From the IMG/VR virus record IMGVR_UViG_3300020187_000010: DNA of 64,000 nt, one strand, 5' to 3'. Position numbers and translations under genes: made by a program. The notes below the pieces were generated by a model. That model saw only the letters and a list, made by a program, of their open reading frames with translations. It had not been told where the DNA came from and made no database searches. Origin of the DNA: a virus. Positions 54,294-63,884 of the stretch are shown here, piece by piece (the first letter of the stretch is position 1; every line of letters begins with the position of its first letter).

Positions 54294-54859
54294 TTTCTTT
54301 TACACACCACTACTCTACTTGAACCATGTTTAGCTGTCACGGTGAAGGCGACAACCTCTTCGAATCCTAAGTCATCTATAATCCCCAGAAACTCACCTTT
54401 ACTTATCTGTAGGGGATCCATGCGAGATGAAACATTGTTGTCCCCAACCATCAACTCCACACAAAGAATACCTTCCTCGGTCAGTTGATCTGTCCATGTC
54501 TTCAAACACTTTTCTGGATAGTAAGAATGATCGAATGAGTTAGAGTACAATATATCAAACTTACCAACCCACTCTTCCTTTCTTTCATGAAAATCCCACT
54601 CAAACATATTAGAAAATTCATTCGCTGTCGGAGATATGTCGGTTCCTGTCACAGTCGCATCAGGGAAATACTTAATAAACCATTCAACTTCTCTACCATT
54701 ACGTGCACCGTGACACAATATATTCTTACTGTTGGGGTACATCTCGCACACCTTTTCAACAGTACTTTCACTACACCAGACAGCGTGTAACTTTTGTTTG
54801 TTCGCTGCTATCTGTAGTTTTCGATACTCTTCGTAATTTTCATAATCATACAACTTCAT
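54290..54859 (-). CDS. Class I SAM-dependent methyltransferase
   Basis: ILCHGARNGRE, GTDIS, DFH, FDILYSNSFDHS. Confidence 0.75.
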   Translation of the reverse strand: MKLYDYENYEEYRKLQIAANKQKLHAVWCSESTVEKVCEMYPNSKNILCHGARNGREVEWFIKYFPDATVTGTDISPTANEFSNMFEWDFHERKEEWVGKFDILYSNSFDHSYYPEKCLKTWTDQLTEEGILCVELMVGDNNVSSRMDPLQISKGEFLGIIDDLGFEEVVAFTVTAKHGSSRVVVCKRK

Positions 54860-55650
54860 ATCTTCTTCATCAACTCTTCTACGTTCTCACCTTGATTTGG
54901 TAACAAGTCTTTTAGAAAGAAGTGTACAAAGTGACAATCTTCAATCTTAGTGTTTGCACCATATAAACCATTCCACACATGACTCATCTTCTTGGTGGGT
55001 ACATCATACTTCTTAATAAAGTAGTTGAGTAAAGTCTGGTCAGTTGACCACTTCCATGGCCCCAATCCATCAACAAAGTCCTTGAACTCCATACGAGTAA
55101 TAAACTGTTTTGCGGTCTGACCATTCAAGTATGGTTTGAAGTTCTTACAGTTTAACACAATCATACCCATGTTGGCAAACTCATATCCAAGTGAGTTGGG
55201 AAAGAAATTTGCTACGTTGTAGTTTTGCAATTGTTCGTACTGCATACGAGAGTAGTTTTGAATCTTCTGTTTGTACTTGTCGGTGATAGGCATCTCACGT
55301 TCAATCACTGCACCGAATGCATCCTCTGTACCAAAGTCTTCGAAGATGTTTGGTGCGTCTGGTCGAATGTAGATGTCTGCATCAATGATTGCAATCTGGT
55401 CATACTCATCAAGTAAGTCAAATGCATTCTCTTTCTCATAGATAGGTAGAAACCCACCATGTTTCTGCCAACTCTCGGTACTACGGTTACTTGTGAAAGG
55501 GTCTGGTTTGACCTTGAGGATAGGTGTACGTTGAATACGATGTTCGACACCATGACGGGTTGCGTACTCTGCAACACTTTCGATACATTTCGCATACAAC
55601 TTAGAATCTATCTGTTTTCCCAGACAAACCTGATATATCAGTCTTTTCAC
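54856..55650 (-). CDS. Glycosyltransferase (GT8-like)
   Basis: IAIIDADIYI, NMGMIV, DQTLLNY, WN, FVHF. Confidence 0.8.
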   Translation of the reverse strand: MKRLIYQVCLGKQIDSKLYAKCIESVAEYATRHGVEHRIQRTPILKVKPDPFTSNRSTESWQKHGGFLPIYEKENAFDLLDEYDQIAIIDADIYIRPDAPNIFEDFGTEDAFGAVIEREMPITDKYKQKIQNYSRMQYEQLQNYNVANFFPNSLGYEFANMGMIVLNCKNFKPYLNGQTAKQFITRMEFKDFVDGLGPWKWSTDQTLLNYFIKKYDVPTKKMSHVWNGLYGANTKIEDCHFVHFFLKDLLPNQGENVEELMKKI

Positions 55651-55835
55651 AACTCATCCTCATATGCCAACATGGACACAATGGATGACCTTATAATGGC
55701 TTCGATTCGTTCATTGAGAGTATCATAGAATATGAACATCTCAGAATCTTTGCGTTTATTATAGTCGTCCATTGGGTACCCAGTCAAGGTGAGTTCTGCG
55801 CCAGTACGATAGTGTTTGAATGTTATGTTATACAT
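55647..55835 (-). CDS. Hypothetical protein
   Basis: 62-aa ORF coupled to the downstream gene. Confidence 0.55.
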   Translation of the reverse strand: MYNITFKHYRTGAELTLTGYPMDDYNKRKDSEMFIFYDTLNERIEAIIRSSIVSMLAYEDEL

Positions 55836-55838
55836 TGT

Positions 55839-56477
55839 CTAACTCTTGTTATGTTTGGTCGTAAATCCGACAGAATAATCTTTTATATGTGAACACTTGT
55901 CATAATGAAAGTATCCATGCGCCTTACACACTTCCCAGATCCAACCATCAGAGTTGACTCTAATACGATCCTCGCTTATTCTTATTAACACCTTTGCAAC
56001 ATCTGGTGTTATATAATATGCACCACCCGCAAGAGATGTACGTCTCTCCTTGTGTATGTCTGGAGGATCATGAGCCAAACACGCCATAGGTTTAGTGTAT
56101 ATTGAAGGTTGAATATTCATAACCAATTCAATATCATGTTCACACACTATCATAGGAGTGTCAGTATCAATACATTTTTTCCAAAGATAGTAATGACCGT
56201 ACCACACACACTTTTCAGAGACAGTGAACATTACACCATCCGGAGTGCTTTTACTATGTTTGTTCCCAAAGAGCAAATCAAAATGATCTTTGTAAGTCTC
56301 GGGTGTAACACCTTCGAAAAAATTAACATCGAACCCAGCTTTCAACCAAGAAGGTAATGCAAGTTTTCTATAGTAATCGGAGATGGGATTCCCACTCATC
56401 ACGATCATCCATACCGGTGGTTTAGAGTCATTCAAACTAAACGTTCCTATAATCATTAAGATCGAAAGAAGTTCCAA
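55839..56477 (-). CDS. Glycosyltransferase family 25-like (true start probably ~56435)
   Basis: FEGVTP, CVWYGHYYLWKKC, VCEHD, AYYITP.VA, NSD. Confidence 0.7.
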   Translation of the reverse strand: MELLSILMIIGTFSLNDSKPPVWMIVMSGNPISDYYRKLALPSWLKAGFDVNFFEGVTPETYKDHFDLLFGNKHSKSTPDGVMFTVSEKCVWYGHYYLWKKCIDTDTPMIVCEHDIELVMNIQPSIYTKPMACLAHDPPDIHKERRTSLAGGAYYITPDVAKVLIRISEDRIRVNSDGWIWEVCKAHGYFHYDKCSHIKDYSVGFTTKHNKS

Positions 56478-57444
56478 TCATTTTCATTTCTGATCTTGAG
56501 TTATTAGTATACACCAATGTCTCCGGAGTGTCAAGTAGAAAATCACAATCTCTACAATAATCCGTGTATTCTCCAGTTCTATGAGACTCGCGTAGTGCAG
56601 AGTACTCTTCACCTCGAATAATTTCTTCTATCGTATTGACGGATGTATGTCCGAGAACTGCTTCTTCATCCCGACCAAGTACTTGACAGCACGGATGAAC
56701 TGCACCCCGATGACCATCCACCCCACCAGCACGGATAACAACGTCAGGAGAAAAAGGACGACCACAAGTTTTGACATTACCAGTTCTAGCATTTGTTTCA
56801 CCTATATCATATGCACCAGACCAGTTGTGCATTTTCCAGATCTCGGTCTTACAACCAAGTTCTTCTACTAAGGCCTTGTACTGTTCTAGTTCTTGTTCAA
56901 TATTATTATTGTCTGTAATCAGGTGGTATGTCTCCACAACACAATCCGACCCAGACTCCTTTACATAATCCATCATTTCTTTTACATGTTTCTTGATCAA
57001 CTCATAATTACTACCCCGAGTGTTATTCATCCACTCTTGATACTTCTCTGGTGTAGAACCAACAAAAGAGAATCGGAAGAAGTCCAATCCTGCGTCCACA
57101 CAGTCCTTCATGAATTGACCATGCATACGAAAACCATTAGAGAAGATGACTGCTTTTGCATCATACCTCTTAACGATTTTTATATATTCTGGTAGGTTAC
57201 GATTCATGGTTGCTTCACCCGAACCATCTAGGTTGACAACATTCAGTCCATGTCGTGCACAGTCTTGAACATTATCTTCGAACTCGATCAGTGACATCTT
57301 GGTTAAGAAACCTTTGTGTCTACCTCCGGTACGTTTATCTTGAGGACACATTGTGCAATCAAAATTACAGCCGCCCTGTACTTCAATTACCGCTCTGTCT
57401 ATGTTTATTTCTTTCACTGAAAAATCCTCTCGCTTTAGTTTCAT
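56437..57444 (-). CDS. Radical SAM protein with SPASM/twitch domain
   Basis: CNFDCTMC motif, GSGEA, C.RPF...V.PCC...C..C. Confidence 0.88.
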   Translation of the reverse strand: MKLKREDFSVKEINIDRAVIEVQGGCNFDCTMCPQDKRTGGRHKGFLTKMSLIEFEDNVQDCARHGLNVVNLDGSGEATMNRNLPEYIKIVKRYDAKAVIFSNGFRMHGQFMKDCVDAGLDFFRFSFVGSTPEKYQEWMNNTRGSNYELIKKHVKEMMDYVKESGSDCVVETYHLITDNNNIEQELEQYKALVEELGCKTEIWKMHNWSGAYDIGETNARTGNVKTCGRPFSPDVVIRAGGVDGHRGAVHPCCQVLGRDEEAVLGHTSVNTIEEIIRGEEYSALRESHRTGEYTDYCRDCDFLLDTPETLVYTNNSRSEMKMIGTSFDLNDYRNV

Positions 57445-58273
57445 GTTCTATTGCTTTTCTCTTGGTGTTACCTAACATCTCAGGGATATTATTCACCCAC
57501 CAAAATATATTCATTTCTTCATTTTCATCGTGTGTAGTTCGTACACAATGAGGCGTATGATAACGTGTTATACCCTCATTACTTATAACTATCGTAGGTC
57601 TATATAAGTTACGAGCAATGTAATGCCACATACCATCATAACATATGACTTGACGACACGTAGAGATATGATAGAGTGCTTCCGAAACAGGAGTTCTATA
57701 GGTCAATTCTGTTATATGTAATCCCGCCGCAACCAACTGATTTATTATAACATCCCATTTGTCATTTGTCAACTGTCTTTTCCATGTTTTTGGAGTTTCT
57801 GCATTAAACAGCGGTCTCCATATAACAATCTTATTATTGTCAACTTTTCGGAATGCATCCTTCCGGAATATCCAATCACTGTTGGGAATATCTCCTCCTA
57901 CCTCATCCGAATACTTTCCACTCTGAAACCAAAACCTATTCTTCTTGGGTCGGTTTATGGCCATGACTCTGAGACTACCATCGTCCTCTCTGGTAACATC
58001 ATCGTTATATCTCCAATCACTGTAACGTGTCCGTTCATTATACACGTGTATGACCGTCACATCATCCTTTCTATGATAGAAGTTATGGATGTACTCTAGT
58101 CTCTCTATGATTGTTTCTGGATCTTCGAAGTGGTGTAGATGGTCTTCTTCATGTTCCCAATGAAACTCTAAAGTAACTTTCTTGTTTTCTTTGTAAGAAA
58201 AGTTATGGGCACAATTAAGTGCCCACATGAAATCACCAACTCCTGGCGTACCTCGCCAAGTAATAAGTTCCAT
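57383..58273 (-). CDS. Glycosyltransferase-like protein (GT9/GT-B-like)
   Basis: GTPGVGDFMW N-terminal motif; KTWKR; ICYDGMWHYIA....PTIV. Confidence 0.55.
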   Translation of the reverse strand: MELITWRGTPGVGDFMWALNCAHNFSYKENKKVTLEFHWEHEEDHLHHFEDPETIIERLEYIHNFYHRKDDVTVIHVYNERTRYSDWRYNDDVTREDDGSLRVMAINRPKKNRFWFQSGKYSDEVGGDIPNSDWIFRKDAFRKVDNNKIVIWRPLFNAETPKTWKRQLTNDKWDVIINQLVAAGLHITELTYRTPVSEALYHISTCRQVICYDGMWHYIARNLYRPTIVISNEGITRYHTPHCVRTTHDENEEMNIFWWVNNIPEMLGNTKRKAIEHETKARGFFSERNKHRQSGN

Positions 58274-58626
58274 TACTTATTCTTGTTACCGACTGCTTCC
58301 TTCGCATAGAACGCTGCAACAATCGCGGCAACAGATACAAAGTAAGTAGGTGCCATAGAACCTAACGTATTTGCTGCTTGGTCTAATCCTATCAAGGATG
58401 CCAGTACTACAGCGAAGGGATAAAGTAACATTCCGCCAAGTGCAAACCATGCCATGTTACGTTGTGCATCACGCATTGCATCTGCGTCTTCAAGTTCCTT
58501 TCGTTTGAACTCTAAGTGCATCTGTAGTTCTTGTTCGGTAATGTGACCATCACCGTCCGCATCAGCTCCCGCTAAAAACCCATCACTGTCTGCGGTAAGT
58601 TGTACCTTCTTTTTTTCTTCTGACAT
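58273..58626 (-). CDS. Small two-TM membrane protein with EF-hand-like loop (possible holin)
   Basis: DADGDGHITEQE followed by two hydrophobic helices. Confidence 0.55.
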   Translation of the reverse strand: MSEEKKKVQLTADSDGFLAGADADGDGHITEQELQMHLEFKRKELEDADAMRDAQRNMAWFALGGMLLYPFAVVLASLIGLDQAANTLGSMAPTYFVSVAAIVAAFYAKEAVGNKNK

Positions 58627-58640
58627 TTTATTCTCCTAGT

Positions 58641-59141
58641 TTAATGTTCGTGTAATTCACTACCATGTATGTCCCAATTAAAACCGATAACAAGTTTCTT
58701 ACTATCGGTTATCATAGGACTTCTGTGGGGTAACATCGAAGGGAATACTACAAGATCCCCTTCTTCCAAATCTATTGGTGTTCCTAATAATTGTGTTCCG
58801 TTTTCCGGATCTTCTAATACTACTTGAAGGACACCGGACATGTTCGCACCTTCATGGGTGTGCCAGTTGAAGTCTGCACCATGTTCACTATATTCTGCAA
58901 ACCACATATTACCTATGCGTATGTCGGTACACTTCCAACTAGACATGTAGTCCTCTAGACTTGACCGCACAGCATTCTCGAATACTTCCCAATACAAAGG
59001 TTTTGCATCAACCTTGTAATCAGAATGAGACATGTTAGCATATTCACATACGTTGTTATCTTTTATCATTTCGATAGCAAGTAATATCTTGTCCTGAACA
59101 CTTTCCCAATCATCAATTTTATATTTGCGTATATACTGCAT
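58641..59141 (-). CDS. 2OG-Fe(II) oxygenase
   Basis: WFAEY...NWHTH...SGV...EGDLVVFPSMLPHRS...IGFN. Confidence 0.8.
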   Translation of the reverse strand: MQYIRKYKIDDWESVQDKILLAIEMIKDNNVCEYANMSHSDYKVDAKPLYWEVFENAVRSSLEDYMSSWKCTDIRIGNMWFAEYSEHGADFNWHTHEGANMSGVLQVVLEDPENGTQLLGTPIDLEEGDLVVFPSMLPHRSPMITDSKKLVIGFNWDIHGSELHEH

Positions 59142-60637
59142 TAGAATACTTTCACTCCGTACTTCTGTTCCCACAATTCTGCGTCATGTTCATCGTTGAC
59201 CATAGGTCTTCCGCGAATGTTCAATGAGGTATTTAGTAACATCGGAACTCCGGTTCTTCGGTGATACTCTTCGATGATCTTACGGAATATAGACGGACAA
59301 TCTTTCTTGACTATTTGTACACGTGCGGTACCGTCTACATGAGTGACTGACGTATAAGGATGTTTTGCTATAGAGGTGTATTGCATGTACTCATTCATTG
59401 GGCCCGAGAAGTATTCTTCTGCATACTCTTCTAGTATTGCGGGTGCGAATGGACGATACTTCTGTCTACGTTTGATTGTGTTGACCGTATCCTTTACGTC
59501 AAACCTCACATCCGCGATCAAAGACCTGTTACCCAGTGCACGTGGGCCAAACTCCGCTTTACCGTTCGCCAGACCACACACATGATGTTCTAAGAGGTGA
59601 TCGACCACTTCCTGTACATTGACCTCCCTATCTATGTTGTAACCAGAATATGGAGACCAAATCAGTTGATCCTTCCCAGTTTCCTTTGCCCATGTCATTG
59701 CAGCAGTACCGAGACTCGAACCAGAGTCAGTTGGTGCAACTGCGATATGTACTTGACCCTCAAACAGTTCGTGTATCATTGAATTGGTAACAACATTCTG
59801 TGCACAACCACCAGAGTACACTAACTTGTTTCCGTGTTGTTTTGCAATATGCATGATCTGCATAATACCATACTCTGCAAACTTTTGAATACCGGCTGCG
59901 AAATCTTTATCTCCGTACTGTCCCAAGAAGTCGATTAGTTTATTTCGCATCTTACCAAATCCTACGAAACTCTTACTCTTAGGATTATCCATTAGTTCGG
60001 ATGTACCAATCTCTGGTGCAAGGTCTGGTGTCTCTTCCCACCAATCGATTAACCATTGTACCATGTCTGGAGGTGCAGTACCGTATGAAGACAGTCCCAT
60101 GACGACATACTCGTCCTCAAGTGGACGTAAACCCAACGTTTTTGTTGCACTCGTGTAGACTAGTCCAATAGACTTGGGGTAATGCCATTCTTTGATTAGG
60201 TTGAAGTTGTGGTCGTAGATGACCGCAGTTTGATATTCGCCTGCACCATCGATAGACACCATAACAGTATCTTCTTTGTCTTTCCAAGGGCGGGTGTAGA
60301 ATGCGGTTGCGCAATGTGATATGTGATGTTCGTGGAAGTTGTCATAGACAAGACTTTCACCGATTGGTATTTCTTCGTGTGTAGAAATATCTCTTTGGAG
60401 TGTTCTGCCCTTTAAACCTCGATAAGTATCTCGGTATTTTTCTCGAAGTGCATAGTCTTCATAGAATGATACATGATCGTTGTCGTTAACATATTCCCAG
60501 AGACTTTCGGGAATGATAGGGTCGTTCTTCCTCTTAGAAAAACGTTCGGCCTGTGAAGCGAACTCCACAGTACCGTCCTTGTTTATAATTGATAGTGCTG
60601 CATCGTGATAATACTCACTGAAACCAACGTAACGCAT
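59141..60637 (-). CDS. Carbamoyltransferase (NodU/CmcH family)
   Basis: HDAA, HHISH, IDGAGE, GGCAQN, EFGPRALGNRS, RPFAP, HVDGTARVQ, NTSLN. Confidence 0.92.
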   Translation of the reverse strand: MRYVGFSEYYHDAALSIINKDGTVEFASQAERFSKRKNDPIIPESLWEYVNDNDHVSFYEDYALREKYRDTYRGLKGRTLQRDISTHEEIPIGESLVYDNFHEHHISHCATAFYTRPWKDKEDTVMVSIDGAGEYQTAVIYDHNFNLIKEWHYPKSIGLVYTSATKTLGLRPLEDEYVVMGLSSYGTAPPDMVQWLIDWWEETPDLAPEIGTSELMDNPKSKSFVGFGKMRNKLIDFLGQYGDKDFAAGIQKFAEYGIMQIMHIAKQHGNKLVYSGGCAQNVVTNSMIHELFEGQVHIAVAPTDSGSSLGTAAMTWAKETGKDQLIWSPYSGYNIDREVNVQEVVDHLLEHHVCGLANGKAEFGPRALGNRSLIADVRFDVKDTVNTIKRRQKYRPFAPAILEEYAEEYFSGPMNEYMQYTSIAKHPYTSVTHVDGTARVQIVKKDCPSIFRKIIEEYHRRTGVPMLLNTSLNIRGRPMVNDEHDAELWEQKYGVKVF

Positions 60638-60678
60638 AAATATACCTCATAGATTGTATGAGGATATTTAGTCACATT

Positions 60679-61260
60679 TTAACCAACCAGTTTTTCGTAG
60701 ATCTCTTTCCAGTTCTTCACGCAAGGGATAGTTGGGTGGTTCATGTTGAAACCATGTTCCATCAACACACTCTCTAGACCAAGTTCAACACCCAGTTCGG
60801 CATTCTCAGTCTTATCTTCTACCCACAGACATTCGGTGTCACGGTAAGGTTCTAAGGCTTCGTCTTTGTCATCACCACAACCAAGGATAACGAACTTCTC
60901 GAACAAAGTCTCACCGAACAACTTCTGAAGATTTAGGATACGCAACTTCTGCGCATTAGGATTGTCACTCAGACTAGTAATCGCATGGAACACATAACCA
61001 TGTTCTTCGTGCAACTTCTTCATGTAATGCATTGCATCACGTAGTGGGGGAAGGAACCCGACATGGGCACTCTCGTTAAACATACGGACTAACATCTTAC
61101 CTGTCGCCTTGTCAATACCATAGGCTTCACTGACATCATAGACTAGGTTTGTTGGGTCAGCTAACTTGTGACCGTGTTCGTTCATCCAGATATCGAATGC
61201 GTAGAACCAGTTAAGAACTACACCATCGATGTCTGTCAATATTACATTTTCTTTATTCAC
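60679..61260 (-). CDS. HAD-family 5'(3')-nucleotidase-like protein (T4 30.2-like)
   Basis: ILTDIDGVVLNW, ITSL, K, WVEDK. Confidence 0.85.
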   Translation of the reverse strand: MNKENVILTDIDGVVLNWFYAFDIWMNEHGHKLADPTNLVYDVSEAYGIDKATGKMLVRMFNESAHVGFLPPLRDAMHYMKKLHEEHGYVFHAITSLSDNPNAQKLRILNLQKLFGETLFEKFVILGCGDDKDEALEPYRDTECLWVEDKTENAELGVELGLESVLMEHGFNMNHPTIPCVKNWKEIYEKLVG

Positions 61261-61445
61261 TTTACTTCCTTACTTTCTAAATAATCAATAGTTTCGATAA
61301 ATTCTTCAAGAACTTCGGGATATCTCACACCTAGAGTTCTCATCATAGATTCTAGGTAACCGATTGTATAATTTGGATTATCGTTATCCTTACGAATCAG
61401 TTCAATCATCTTTACAACAATGGCACCAGTTTCTACATAATTCAT
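61257..61445 (-). CDS. Hypothetical protein
   Basis: GAGG SD below promoter; NYTIGYLESM. Confidence 0.6.
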   Translation of the reverse strand: MNYVETGAIVVKMIELIRKDNDNPNYTIGYLESMMRTLGVRYPEVLEEFIETIDYLESKEVK

Positions 61446-61454
61446 AATAAACAC

Positions 61455-61515
61455 CTCTCTCTCTCAATTAGGTACCCATTATCTCATAGTTAAAACAAGA
61501 TGTCAACACTTATTT
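61455..61515 (-). promoter_or_regulatory. Early promoter cassette copy 3 (TTGACA-N17-GATAAT with the same leader style)
   Basis: AAATAAGTGTTG...ATGAGATAAT..GTACC..ATTGAGA shared with 46564-46625. Confidence 0.75.
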
Positions 61516-62338
61516 ACATTTGTTTTGGTGATAGTCGGAATTTGTTTGAGTGATAGTGGTCTAGCATGAGGATCTTCCATCCTCCGCCAGTATAGTGACA
61601 GAACTTCGCCTTCTCGAAGAACTCTTCTTCTGTGGCGTAGTGGGGGGAATCATTCCATGTCTGGTCTATGGTGACCAGATCGAAGTCGTGTTGCATCAAC
61701 TGACCAGAGATGTATGGTTGATCATTCATTACAGACATATGGAATTCGGGTTTAGCGTAGAACCATTCTTTCCAAGGCATAAACAACTCACGTGCACGTA
61801 GACGTGCCTCGCGTGTCCATACAACCACACCGGTATTCAGTATGGTAATTTTGGATGGTCGGCTAGGTGGCATAGAAGGCACGACCGGAATGCCGTGCAT
61901 CTGGAACTTGTTTACAAAGTCGAGATAGGTACTTTGTTTATAATCCCAAGAGTTATATCCACCACCATCAGCGGTGACGATATCACTCTCAAGTACACCG
62001 AAAACATCTCCGTCTTCACATATGTCGAAGATGTTTTCATCGGTGTTTACTACTATGTCGGTATCGGCAAAGAGTACCTTGTCGTACTTGTCGAACATCG
62101 GGTCGTAGATTACACGCAAACATTCAAATAGTATTGCAGTAGAATGGTCGTCTTTACAATACACCGCTTCATCGGAATAGTGATAATCCGCATCTACGTG
62201 ATCTGCGTACTGTAAGAATGAATTGCGAGATATATCCGCACACTCTCGATACACTTGACTTCTCTTTCTACCTTCGATATCACCACGTTCATCAACCTTG
62301 TCGTTGACGATCATGTATTGAAAAATCGCGTTTCTCAT
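61514..62338 (-). CDS. Glycosyltransferase (GT8-like)
   Basis: VLFADTDIVV, NTGVV, NDQP, WN, FCHYTG. Confidence 0.8.
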   Translation of the reverse strand: MRNAIFQYMIVNDKVDERGDIEGRKRSQVYRECADISRNSFLQYADHVDADYHYSDEAVYCKDDHSTAILFECLRVIYDPMFDKYDKVLFADTDIVVNTDENIFDICEDGDVFGVLESDIVTADGGGYNSWDYKQSTYLDFVNKFQMHGIPVVPSMPPSRPSKITILNTGVVVWTREARLRARELFMPWKEWFYAKPEFHMSVMNDQPYISGQLMQHDFDLVTIDQTWNDSPHYATEEEFFEKAKFCHYTGGGWKILMLDHYHSNKFRLSPKQM

Positions 62339-62438
62339 TATCTCTCACTTTTCGTGTATCAGAGTTCCCATTCAAGGTCATCTGTTTATGTTTATTACGT
62401 TTCTTGTTTCTACTATCGTGACGACTGTACTTGGCCAT
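62292..62438 (-). CDS. Small basic hypothetical protein (48 aa)
   Basis: Manual translation MAKYSRHDSRNKKRNKHK...; fills the gap after lysozyme. Confidence 0.45.
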   Translation of the reverse strand: MAKYSRHDSRNKKRNKHKQMTLNGNSDTRKVRDNEKRDFSIHDRQRQG

Positions 62439-62447
62439 ACTAATTAC

Positions 62448-62894
62448 TTATACGTTCTCTAAGGTTACCATTAGTCTTTCTGCACGGTTTGTAACCTGTC
62501 GATGCCAGAGACTATCACGTCCCTCTACACCTGCACGTTTCCAATCACCTTCTGCAATTGCACCATTGAAGTTCTTGAACTTACTCAAACGAGTACGTCC
62601 CATATTGAACATCATATTAACAAGTACACCTTGTACTTCGTCTGGTAAGTCGTCAAAAGACCCTTGTCCGTATAAAGCGTGACACTCTGATATTGCTGTA
62701 TTGAGGTCGTTGTCAAAACACTCTGCGACTCTTTCTTCGCTGATTGAGGTTCCGACTGGTTGTCCATGTTCTGGATCGGTTTCGAGTACGAGATGGCCGA
62801 CACCAAAGGTTGGATAGCCAAGGTGGTCGTTATAGATTTCATACTTGACTCCTTCGTCCACTTTTAATGTTTCGAATACTTCTTGTCTGTTCAT
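62448..62894 (-). CDS. e: Phage lysozyme (T4 e-like, GH24)
   Basis: LKVDEG...IYNDHLGYPTFGVGH catalytic E-D-T; VNMMFNMG; W.RQV..RAERL. Confidence 0.9.
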   Translation of the reverse strand: MNRQEVFETLKVDEGVKYEIYNDHLGYPTFGVGHLVLETDPEHGQPVGTSISEERVAECFDNDLNTAISECHALYGQGSFDDLPDEVQGVLVNMMFNMGRTRLSKFKNFNGAIAEGDWKRAGVEGRDSLWHRQVTNRAERLMVTLENV

Positions 62895-63574
62895 TTCTTT
62901 TCCTCTATTAGTTCTTTAGTCATTATATAGTCTCGCACGAAGTCCGAACGTACTATATCTGCCCATGTAAATTCTACTACAGTGAAGTTCTTCATCAACT
63001 CAAGTATCTCGATAAACTTCACGATACCTTTCCTATCACCTTCTTTTACGAAGTCTGATTGATAATAATCACCACAGAATATGATCCGACAATTCTGACC
63101 AACTCTAGTAATGATACTATCTAATTCATGGAATGTCAAGTTCTGCATCTCATCCACTATGATAACTGCATCGTTGATTGTAGTTCCACGAATATGTGAC
63201 GTTGATATAAAATCGACCGTCTTGTTCTCCGAAAGTTTTCGGTATGCTTCCGGATCATCGAATAGTTCCGCGCATATTGATTTGTAGGGTGCGGTATATG
63301 CATCCATCTTCTCTTCTAGAGTTCCTGGCAAGAATCCAATCTCTCGGGTAGGTACAATAGACCTACAGATAACTACAGATGAAAACTGGTTACCTTTATC
63401 AAGTACAGTCTCTAGTCCAAGATACAGTGCACTAAAAGTTTTACCCGTCCCCGCAGATCCATTCAGTACCAAGTGCGAACCAGACTTGTAGGCAGAGAAC
63501 ACTTGTTCTTGGCCAGTAGTCATTGGATCGACTGTCAAAAGATGATCGATCTTTAACGTTTGTGGTTTTTGCAT
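62891..63574 (-). CDS. phoH: PhoH-like ATPase
   Basis: GSAGTGKT, IGFLPG, RGTT, IVDEMQN, GD..QSD, DIVRS. Confidence 0.93.
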   Translation of the reverse strand: MQKPQTLKIDHLLTVDPMTTGQEQVFSAYKSGSHLVLNGSAGTGKTFSALYLGLETVLDKGNQFSSVVICRSIVPTREIGFLPGTLEEKMDAYTAPYKSICAELFDDPEAYRKLSENKTVDFISTSHIRGTTINDAVIIVDEMQNLTFHELDSIITRVGQNCRIIFCGDYYQSDFVKEGDRKGIVKFIEILELMKNFTVVEFTWADIVRSDFVRDYIMTKELIEEKK

Positions 63575-63582
63575 TAAGTTCT

Positions 63583-63819
63583 CTATGTTTTGATGTTGTT
63601 ATCTTTACCCGCACCTTTCTTAATGTTGCCTAGGTGTTCTTGCCAATCGCTACCAGCCATTGTCAATGCGGATTTGACTCCCGATGTTAAACCGGGCGCT
63701 TTAGTGAAACATCTATTTAGATGGGGGTTATCTTTTCGGTAGTCATCGTACTCTGATATTTTCATCATGACTTCGATTACTTCACCGGTCTCATTATCTT
63801 TAAATTCATATATTGGCAT
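63583..63819 (-). CDS. FmdB-like zinc-ribbon-type regulatory protein (Cys-less)
   Basis: MPIYEFKDNETGEV.E. Confidence 0.65.
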   Translation of the reverse strand: MPIYEFKDNETGEVIEVMMKISEYDDYRKDNPHLNRCFTKAPGLTSGVKSALTMAGSDWQEHLGNIKKGAGKDNNIKT

Positions 63820-63843
63820 AATTTATTATTGTTTTCCATACGA

Positions 63844-63863
63844 CACCCCCCGAGTGGGGGGTG
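63844..63863. other. GC-rich hairpin CACCCCCC-GAGT-GGGGGGTG
   Basis: 8-bp perfect inverted repeat; no clear U-tract. Confidence 0.6.
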
Positions 63864-63884
63864 AAGAGATACGGATCACCTTCC

